Shown piece after piece: positions 12,425 through 22,260 of a DNA stretch of 64,000 nt. Positions within the stretch are counted from its first letter, which is position 1. The number at the start of each line of letters is the position of its first letter. The translations under genes were made by a program, and so were the position numbers. This DNA is from Epithemia pelagica (lineage: Eukaryota > Protista > Bacillariophyta). The DNA lies in the NCBI GenBank assembly GCA_946965045.2, contig OX337241.1, positions 2,914,001-2,978,000 on the forward strand, read 5' to 3'. The notes beneath the pieces are model-generated. The model was not told where the DNA came from. It ran no database searches and saw only the letters and a list, made by a program, of their open reading frames with translations.

Positions 12425-12754
12425 TAGGATTTACAATATCTGCGACCGGTATAGAACATCTGTCGTGCATCCGTTCGATCGGAGTACTCTCTGGGGGACC
12501 ATGAAACGGGACTGGTGAGTATGCGTCATTCGCGTTCGCGTCATGGGTGGTGGGGGAGCAAACTCCACTCGCGCAGTCTGAGTCGTGGGTCTCGCTGGTG
12601 GACGTCGTCTGGTCGTCTCATAAAAACAACCTCCCACCAACAGAAGACTTCGCTTTTTTTTTTCTCGCTCGCTTTTGTTCCCTTTTCACAGTCGCAACAC
12701 ACCACCAGAAACAACACAGCAAGACCAACCACATCCACATCTCGATTGTCTCGA

Positions 12755-15252
12755 ATGATCAACAACAACACTACTACCCAAACCAACAATACAAAGAAGA
12801 AGAGCCGGGTCCGCATTGAATTGTATGCCAGCAATTTGAAAAATGTGGCCGGTGCCTTCAAGGGGACAAGCGACCCCTATGCCGTCGTGACACGGTTGCC
12901 CACTCGACCCACGGAAGCTCCGACCGTGATTGGCAAAACTGAAGTGTACGTACAACAGTGAAATGAATGTGCGCAAGAGCAAAACACTACATGGTGTGCA
13001 ACCATGGGCGTTCTCTCTCTCTCTCTGACACACATTTCTTTGGTTGGTTGTTTGATCTTCTTGTTCTTATTTTGTTGTGGTTCTTCATGTTTTGATTTTA
13101 TGAATGATGTTACAGCATTAAAAATTCGCTGAGTCCCCGCTGGACGACCATGCTGGAATTGGATTATGAAATTGGCGAATTGACTCGCATCAATGTCGGC
13201 ATTTACGATGAAATTCGCAAGGCCAAGGTGAACAAACCCATGGGCAGTTGCTTGTTTGAAGTCGGCGAAGTCTTGGGCAGTCGCGGCAACCTCAAGGCCA
13301 AAAAGCTCCGCCAAGGCGGTGGAACCGTCTTTTGTCGCATTACAGCGGCACCTCCGGCGGCCGACGCCGGTCGATTGCAATTGCAATTGCGCGGCAGTCA
13401 TTTGAAAAACGTCGATGGACTCTTTTCCAAAAGTGATCCCTTTGTCGAAATATCGGCTCAAGTCAATGTGCCCAGTGGCTTGACGTGGCAACCCATTTAT
13501 CGATCCAAACCCATCATGAATGATTTGAATCCCATTTGGCCACCCTTGGAACTCGATTTGAATCGATGCACCACCAACAACAATGACAATAACAACAATA
13601 GTACTCCAGTGGATCCCACAACCCTGCCCTTGTTGGTCCAAGTCTACGATTGGGAAAAATCGGGCAAACACAAGACGCTGGGGCAATGTGAAACAACTGT
13701 GCAAGCCTTGCTCGACGCCCAGACACCGGGGGGTTCGGCCAGCAATCCCAAATCCGTCGATACCAGCAAGGCCTTGGAATTGCGCAATCCACGCAGCAAA
13801 CAAAAAAATAAAGTCTTGGGCAAACTTGTCGTGTGCCGTGCCGTCCTCGAAGGAGGACACGAACCAGCGGCACCAGCTACTACGACGACCGCCATACCCA
13901 TGGCGGTACCAACAAATACCACCAGCAGCACGCCACCCACCTTTGTCGATTACTTGACGGGCGGATGTGAATTGGAATTGAGCATTGCCATTGATTTTAC
14001 CGGTTCCAATGGCGATCCCCGTCGACCCGGCACGTTGCATTACATTTCGCATCATTCCAATGACTTGAATGATTATGAAAAGGCCTTTTTGGGCGTTGGG
14101 TCCATTGTCGCTCGGTACGATTCCGATCAACGCTTTCCCATTTATGGCTTTGGCGCCAAATTTCACGGTCGCATCAATCATTGTTTCCAAGTGGGATCGC
14201 AACCCGAAGTGGCGGGCCTGGGACAAGCCTTGCAAGCCTATCGCAATGTGTTTTCCTCCGGCTTGACCATGAGTGGACCGACCGTCTTTGCCGAAGTCAT
14301 TGACCTGGCCGCCGCCCGAGCTCGATCGGCCCTCGAGGACGCTCAACGCGTGGGCAAGCAAACGTATAGTATCTTGCTCATTTTGACCGATGGTGCCGTG
14401 TCCGATATTGCCCTGACGCAACGCGCCTTGTTGCAAGCGAGCAATGCGCCCTTGTCCATTGTCATTGTCGGCGTTGGACAGGCCAATTTTGACAAGATGC
14501 AATTTTTGGACGATGTGGCCGATCGCAATCCGGAACAACGCGATATTTGTCAATTTGTCGAATTTCAAAAATATGCAAACGACAAGAGTGCCTTGACGCG
14601 CGAAACTTTGGCGGAAATTCCCAGTCAAGTGGTTGACTATTTTTACAATTTGCGGGGCATATCACCCTTGCCCCCCGTTCATGGAAGTCAAGTCAGTTTG
14701 TTGGTGGCGGACGACTATAATGAAGAAGAAGATATTGATTTGACCATTGCGTACAATTCCGAAGATGAAATTGTCCTGGATGGATCCTTGTCGGCCTTGC
14801 CCACCTATGACGATACCCAATATCCCACGGCATCCGTTTATTTAATGCCACCGGTACCGGTACCCGTTGCCGCCTCGGCCACGGCGCCACCCATGACGGC
14901 CGATCCACCGGGATCCGTGCCACCACAGCCACCACAAATTCACACCAATGCCTATGCCACGGCGGTTCCAGTCATGCCACCACCGGTACAACCCTCCTAC
15001 CTGACAGCGTCGTCGTCCTATTTGTCCAGTACGGTACCAGCAGCAACCGTAGACTACCATTCGTCCTCCGTTTCCCGCGTTCCACCAGCAACAGCAGCCG
15101 CCGCAAAACCCAAGGTCTTTCATGTGCAAGTTCCTCCGGGTGTCACGGCGGGTCAGCAATTGGAAATTCAACATCCGCACTCCCGACAGCACCTGATTGT
15201 GACGGTACCACCGGGTGTGACGGCCGGAGGCAAATTTGCCGTACCCTATTGA
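12755..15252 (+). CDS. Copine (two C2 domains + vWA domain) with Pro-rich tail (2 exons)
   Basis: Exons 12755..12945 and 13116..15252; intron 12946..13115 (gtacgt...tacag) gives KTEV-IKNSLSPAW. C2 motifs SDPYAVV and SKSDPFVEI, copine vWA motif AIDFTGSNGDP, plus ILLILTDGAVSD and RDICQFVEF. Confidence 0.92.
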
Positions 15253-15939
15253 CGAACCAAACAACGAACAACTACTTTTACTTCTCTCCGAGTCGTGGAG
15301 AGAATGGTCGGCACGCACACACACACACAAGGGAGGGGGCAGAGAACCAGCATGGCGTCCACACCGACATTCACCACCACAGTGTGGGAACAACCGCCAC
15401 ACCACACCATGGGAAAATAGGGCCACGTATCAATAGTATAGAACAAGAGTTTCAAGTATAATCCACCAGTTTTGGAACCGAACCACGGCGTCCACACCAA
15501 CCACCATCACCACAAGAGTGTGAAAAAGACTGTGTGTGGCAAGAACTGCCACAGCAGAATACCACCCATTCCGAGTGTTGGAATGGCCGCCCGACCCGGA
15601 CACCAATTCTAGAGTAGCAGACTTGTAGAAAGCATACTAGTGTTATGGTTGGCATTCTCGGACAGCTATATTAGATCGAGCAAAGGAGGGTTTGTCTCAT
15701 ACTGTGGGGCTGTGTTGTGGTCCGACGCACCACTTGCATTCTTCCAGAACACTATGCGTTTCTCCTTTGGATCTGCATGCTGCAGGGAGGAAGGATACCA
15801 GACATGTAAACTAATACAGTCACCGATTCTCGGACAACACCATGGTCGATAGCAGGACTACTGTCAATTTATCTCTTCTCTTTCTCGCTTCTTGGAAACT
15901 CTTGTCTGGCCATGCGGGGCTCAAGGACGAGTCCTCTTG

Positions 15940-17405
15940 GTCGACCACACGACGCTCAGTTTGGTGCCCAGTAGCGCTACCGGCTCGAAACAAGAACAAG
16001 AACAACAACAACAACAGGATGAGTACTCGTGAAACAACCACCAAACAAATCTCCGCCACATGGGATACCAACTCTGGTTGAATCTCCCGCAGCTGGATCT
16101 TCTCCCCGAATCCTTTGATTCCTCTTCTTGGCGCGTGCAGGAACCCCAACCACCACCACTAAAACGAGTTGAGTCTGTGCAACCTTTGGGCGCCACACAT
16201 GGGGTACCCTGGCCACCAAACCAATTTTAGAACTTGAGAAACGGAGGAGGAACAACAATCACGCAACCAACGGCACTCGGCACTCCCCTAATGACCTGGT
16301 CTCGTTCTTCGTGGCGAGAACAATCACCACAAGCATCATGATCCTCCTCATTGACACATTCAACTCTTGCGCAGCTCGTCGTCGTTGGAATACACTTCTT
16401 TCATTCCTTGTCCAAACATGCCCGTATCGGTGGTACGCCCGTCGCAACTGTTCCACCGGCGCACCGGCGTATCAACCAATACGGCCATATATTGAACAAG
16501 GGATGAAGGAGGCGTATAGTCGTAGGACGACTCTTTGTTTGGTGCACGACGACGATTCCATTTCCTTTCCATCGCGGTCCCTGTGTATTCCCGTGTCGGC
16601 CGCATGCCTTGGTGAGGCTTGCTTTGTTGGGTCTCCAGAACGAGTATTCTTTGTCGACCACACGACTCTCAGTTTGGTGCCAAGGGAACCCCTCGGCTCG
16701 AAACAAGAACAACAACAGGATGAGTACGCGTAAAACAAACAAAAAACATTGCTCCTCAACATGATGATACCAACTTTGTTCGAATCTCCCCTTTGATCGT
16801 CCCTTTGTTTCCTCCTCTTGGCGCGTGCAGGAACCCCAACCACCACCACACGAACGAGTTGAGTCGGTGAAACCTTTGGGCAACAACAAGGCGCCACACA
16901 TGGGGTACCCTGGCCACCAAACCAATTTCAGAAATCTTGAGAAACGGAGGAGGAACAACACTAATCACGCAACCAACGGCACTCACCTCATTCACCACAG
17001 GTCCACACGCAATCTCGAGATTCTCGCCAGAATGACCCGTCATGGATTGGTTACCACCATGCTCAGTCCCTGGTCTCCTTCTTCGTGACGAGAAGGACCA
17101 CCACAAGCATAACCGTCCTCATTGACACATTCAACCCTTGTGCAGCTTGTCGTCGTTGCAATATAATAGACACTTCTTTCATTCCGTTGGCGATACATGC
17201 CCGTATCTGTGGTACGCCCATCGCAACTGTTCCACAGGCGCACGGGCGTACAAACACATACGGCAATGCATCGCCAAGGGGATGAAAGAGGCGTCTTGAA
17301 AGTATGCTCCCGAGACTGGTGCACGGCCATGATCGTTTTGTTCTATCGCGGTCCATGTGTATTCCCGTGTCGGTAGGATGTCTTGGTGACGAGGCTTGCT
17401 CTGTT
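15940..17405. repeat. Degenerate tandem duplication, two units of about 713-750 bp
   Basis: GTCGACCACACGAC...AGTTTGGTGCC recurs at 15940 and 16653. The blocks GGCGCGTGCAGGAACCCCAACCACCACCAC, GGGGTACCCTGGCCACCAAACCAATTT and GTCCTCATTGACACATTCAAC-like recur in the same order, with indels. Confidence 0.85.
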
Positions 17406-18381
17406 TACACAACACATGCTTGTTACTGGGTTACGAACACAGGACGGATGTCCTTGACAAAAATGTGATGAGAAACACGTGGAGGAGGAACAACAACAAC
17501 AACGACAACAACGAACCCGCACATCCAACGGCATTCACCACAACCATCACACTCCACAATTCATCCAAAGCAACCACTTTTCTTTTTGCCCGGCCACGGA
17601 CGGTCTGTGCACAGGCAAAAGGTGCATTGAGAGACGACGGGATGATCATTCTCCTAGTAACGCGCAGCACTGACTTACTTTGTTTGATCATCCTTTTGTT
17701 TGACTTCTAGTTCCCCCAACTCCTGATTGTTCTTCGTTACTCGTTTGCCAGGAACCACAGATTGGCACCATTTTCGTCTAGTAGAGGCACACGTGTACCG
17801 AACGACACCAACCAGCAAATAGGACACAGCATAGTCTTCGTGTCATTGTCAGCGTTGTTTTTGTTGTTGTTTTCTTGGAGGAAAAAAGTGTGAGGGCCAA
17901 AGCCAACCACGGGAGCACCAAAGTGTGGGAGTTTTGTGTGATCAATGCCGCAAGAAAAGGGACGAAACCAAACGAACCCAGCGCTTAGTACCTCCCAGCG
18001 CGAATAATTGTTGTGGTTTGAGTTTCACGTACTGATAAATGGAAAACGTCCCCACTGGTGGAGCTAAAAGCTGGAGAATCTCTGCCCCGGCGGGACCACC
18101 CTTTGAATTTTGAATCTCAAACTCTCTACAACACGTAGTAGCCCTAGTGCCTCTAGCTAGTAGACAAATACAGAGGTCTACCTAGTGCCCGACGTTCTGT
18201 AGGGAGGCACATATTATGTTTCAGCCTCTCCCTTCCCTTGTTACTTTACCCTAAATGTTGTCATTCGAACAATGTATGTATTAGAATTATAGAGTCTATT
18301 CTGTCTTGAACATGAATCATGAACTGGTAAAACATTGGTTGTCACCATGTGGTTGGGAATTGTGTCCGCCGTTGTTGTAGG

Positions 18382-19925
18382 CTACAACAACAAGGAGGGC
18401 GCTGTGGTGGTGGGTGCACTGGTGGTGGGTGCAGTACTCGGTCCTAGCGTTGTGTTGGGGGAGGAGAATGGTACCCGTGTGGGATGTTCCGATGGATGCA
18501 ATGAAGGTTGATTCAATGGTGTTTCCGAGGGTCTCGAGGTGGGTGATGGAGAAGGCAAGATGGATGGAATCAAAGATGGAGAGGGAAGAATGGATGGTTT
18601 CGAAGACGGTTCATCACTAGGTGTGGAGGAAGGACGAGCCGAAATGATTGGTGTCCAAGAAGGCTGAAAGGAGGGTACGACGGAGGGTTGGGTGGATACC
18701 GTGGGCGTGGAGGAGGGCCGTGTCGATGGAAGAGTGGATGGTACCATACTCGGTTGAGGAGATGGCTGCCACGAGGGGATCCTGGAGGGATGCCCCGAAG
18801 GGATTGCCGATGGCTCGGTCGAAACTGTCGGGGCATGGGACGGTGTACTGGAAGGTTCCTGGGAAGGATTGGTAGATGGCGATTCACTGGGCATGGCTGA
18901 AGGATTGGTCGATAGCGTCGGTTGGTCCGATGGCATGGACGATGGTGTTTGGGAGGGTTGTGTCGACACGGTGGGTGTAGAAGAGGGTGCACTCGACGGA
19001 TTGTGGGAGGGTATCGAGCTGGGAGACTCGGACGGGTGAGAGGACAGCGTCGGCGTTTCACTGGGTTGTTTCGGCGGCGTGGATGACGGATGTGGGGAGG
19101 GCTGGTCACTTGGTTCACTCGAGGGGACCGACGACACGATGGGTTGGGGACTTGCTGTTGTAGTGTCCGTGGGTTTCGTCGATGGAAGGAAAGAAGGCTG
19201 TGTCGATGGCATAATAGAAGAGACTTTGGATGGATTGGTGGATGGGCTTTGCAGCGGCATTGTTGTGGGAGTGTGAGAGTGCCGATGGAGTGGCGGAAGG
19301 GACTGTTGATGGATGGATGGATGGTTTTTGCGAAGGGAGTGTTGTGGGAGTGTTGGAGGGGTTTCTCGGTAGAGTGGACGACCGTGAGACGGATGGCCTT
19401 ATGGACGGTGATTACGATGGTGCACCGGAAGAGGTTGTATGGTCGAGTTTCCGTGGGTTGTGTACTCGTAGTGCTGGACTGACGCACCATAGGCGAACCC
19501 GGTGGACCAGCCGTTGGTGCAGTAGTGGAAAAATTTGTTTCGGGATACGCCTCGACGAGACAATGCAAAAATCCCGTTGGAGTGGTAGTGGAAGTGGTGG
19601 TTTGATTCTAAGGAGTGGCGTCTTGTTGTTGTTGCGGTGGTTGCAATAGGGAAAACATGTCCTCATTATTCTCCGTGTCAGTGGGATCGAGACATTTATA
19701 AAGTGGTAATAACAAAATTGTAGGCCTTGTGACAGGCTTCAAACTTTTTAGCGTACCAGATACTCCACCAGGCATGGGTACAACTGCTATGTAATGTTTA
19801 CAAGACCAACTCGGATTGTCGATCCAATGCTACCAATTCCAAGTCCTTGTTGTTTGTTGTCACAATGTGGTGATCTCCTGGTGGAGTTGGTGTGGTTGTT
19901 GTGGGAACAAATTCAACCTTTGATG
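18382..19925 (-). pseudogene. Internally deleted pseudogene of the S8 subtilase at 22261..25098
   Basis: Retains the N-terminal pieces (KVEF...ELVALDRQSELVL, NEDMFSLLQ) and the whole Pro/Ser/Thr stalk and 3' flank. Most of the prodomain and the entire catalytic domain are gone. There is an in-frame TAG near 19610 and frameshifts near 19445 and 19700. Confidence 0.85.
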
Positions 19926-20430
19926 AACTTGTTGCGTGACACGATCGATTTCTATAGAGCCCAACATTCTTTTTGAATAGAGGCTTAACGGAAACAGTCA
20001 TGCATCGCAGACATTGAAAGCCCCAATGGTCATTTTGTACAAAATTATTTGTGTGTTGAATCACACTAACTATCGATTCCTATCAGGCCCAAGAAACTTT
20101 TCACTTGTCCGTTCAATGATAGGCTTATCGGAAAGAGTCCTGCATCATATCGTAGACCTGCAGTTGTTGTTTGTTGTGAGCAGGTTCAACCTTTGATGAA
20201 CGTGTTGCGTGACACGATCGATTTTTATTAAGCCCAACTCTTTTTGCATGTCTGGAACGATAGGCTTGACGGAAAAAGTCATGCATCGCAGACATTGAAA
20301 GCCCCAATGGTCATTTTGTACAAAATTATTTGTGTGTTGAATCACACTAACTATCGATTTCTACTAGGCCCAACAAACTTTTCACTTGTCTGTTCAATGA
20401 GGCTTATCGGAAAGAGTCGTGCATCGTAGA
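19913..20430. repeat. About 270-bp imperfect tandem duplication
   Basis: TTCAACCTTTGATGAAC...GTGACACGATCGATTT...CATGCATCGCAGACATTGAAAGCCCCAATGGTCATTTTGTACAAAATTATTTGTG occurs at about 19913-20158 and 20184-20430. A related remnant lies at about 25445-25525. Confidence 0.85.
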
Positions 20431-20604
20431 CCCTTTTTACGTGGAATCAATGCAATCCGTCCCTACTCACAATCCCCATACGAAAAACAAGAAGTGACCA
20501 TCGTAAGCTTACAAGGTATATCAAAGGAACAAGAACAGATCCCCTACAAAACGGTGAGGGAATTTAGCAATTTTTTGGTTCTCAAAGACACCCCAGAGAG
20601 CAAC

Positions 20605-21690
20605 ATGACTACCATGAAGCGGATGAGTAAGATAGCGCTCCTGATTTGTTGCGGTATGATATCGAGTGGGCTTGTCTTATGGCAATGTCAACAAAAGTAC
20701 ACAACCTTGGCCACGACCAAATCTGTGCTTGGTTCGTCGACAGAAGAAGAAGAAGAAGAAGAAGAGCAAGTACCGTGTCATGTAGTTCCCGAGTTAGTAT
20801 CGAATGCAAGCAATCCACAATTTGTGATCGAGCTGCGCCGTAAACTTGGTTTGTCGTCACCATCTTGCCTAGACAAACACTTTGACACTTTTGCCCAGGC
20901 CTTTTTGGATCGTCCAAGACAGAAGCATTTGAATCTTCACATCCCCAAAGCTGGAGGAACAACGGTTTGCGAAGCAGTCAGAAAATATGGGAACATGTCC
21001 ACTCCGGGAAATAATTGTTGGACTCAAAACTTTTGTCCCATATGGTGTTGTTGTGACAATGTCAAACCCACAAGCTGTCAACAACTTCATGATAGCCATT
21101 TGTCAAAGATTGATTTTGTCATGAATGAAAATTGGTTCGATGGTTTCTGTGAGGGCCGCACGTATTCCATGATGCTTCGAGAACCAGTTTCAAGAGCCAT
21201 AAGTCATGTGAATCATTTCACTGAGTTTCTTGCAGCTGCTCCACGTTCACGTTATCAAAATAGCAGGGGTTGGAGACTTAACTTGGCATTCTCCAACTAC
21301 ATGACTTGGAGCCTGACAGCACAATATAATGAGACTGGTAAACCTGAACTGTTTCGACCACGATATGATGACTTGGTACAAGCCAAGAGAGTGATACGAC
21401 AGATGGTTTTCTTGGTTGACCTCTCCTTTCCCAATGATACCTGTAACAGGGCGATATTAAAATTCATGGGAATCACTTCCATTCCAGTGGGCACATCAAA
21501 ATTGCATGCCAATGTGCGAAATGGTAGTCACTACCAAGCAGCCTATGACAGAGAAGTTTACAAGTTGGTGAATGCTTTGGACATTTCCTTGTATGAATAT
21601 GCACAGTCCTTGATGGCGGTTGACTGTGCTTTCTTTCTAGATTTGATGCAAAGATACCCCCAGGTTGTTACTACAGATACAGATCCATAA
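20605..21690 (+). CDS. Golgi-type (type II membrane) sulfotransferase
   Basis: 5'-PSB motif LHIPKAGGTT and 3'-PB motif MLREPVSRAISH. Short basic N-terminus plus TM segment (MSKIALLICCGMISSGLVLW). Start taken at caacATG 20605; the ORF is open from 20419. Confidence 0.82.
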   Translation: MTTMKRMSKIALLICCGMISSGLVLWQCQQKYTTLATTKSVLGSSTEEEEEEEEQVPCHVVPELVSNASNPQFVIELRRKLGLSSPSCLDKHFDTFAQAFLDRPRQKHLNLHIPKAGGTTVCEAVRKYGNMSTPGNNCWTQNFCPIWCCCDNVKPTSCQQLHDSHLSKIDFVMNENWFDGFCEGRTYSMMLREPVSRAISHVNHFTEFLAAAPRSRYQNSRGWRLNLAFSNYMTWSLTAQYNETGKPELFRPRYDDLVQAKRVIRQMVFLVDLSFPNDTCNRAILKFMGITSIPVGTSKLHANVRNGSHYQAAYDREVYKLVNALDISLYEYAQSLMAVDCAFFLDLMQRYPQVVTTDTDP

Positions 21691-22260
21691 TGATAAGCAG
21701 TGTAGAAAAGTTTGTGACCTTTGCCGGCCTGAGTAAACACCACCAAAGAAGACGGCACAATCGTTAGGATACCCCTTCAATATAGTATGGTCGAATGGCA
21801 TAAGTCACTGCATATCTACGCTTGTGTGGAAAGTTGGAATCGCTCTCTCGTGCAAGGAATATGGCTCTCCAGAGACGGCACGACAGGTGCTTGAATGGCC
21901 ACCCGATGATGGAATACTACTAAGATGCTTTCTGAATGCCTGCTAGAATTGGTTTCCTGGAACTTAGTAGCTCTTGCTTGTCCATGTTTGCAATCTCGGG
22001 CAGTATCCTATCTACAGCAAAGGGTTTGTCTCAAACCGTAGAGAGTGTGATCCGACACACCACCTTACTACCTAGTGCATCCTGCTTGTAGACAGTTTGA
22101 GGTCTAGTGTGGGACTTACCTGGCTATTTTACCCTAGATGTTGTCGTTGGAACAATGTATGTATGTATTAGAATTATATAGTCTATTCTGTCTTTAACAT
22201 GAATCATGAACTTGTATACCAAACAGCGTTTGGAATTGTCCGCTGTTGTTTTGTGTTTTG

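Noticed and set aside
12877-14628. 583-aa minus-strand ORF
   Set aside because: Antisense shadow of the copine, with no motifs of its own. The same applies to 4374..5276, 23197..24351 and 36337..37236, which lie opposite the proteases.
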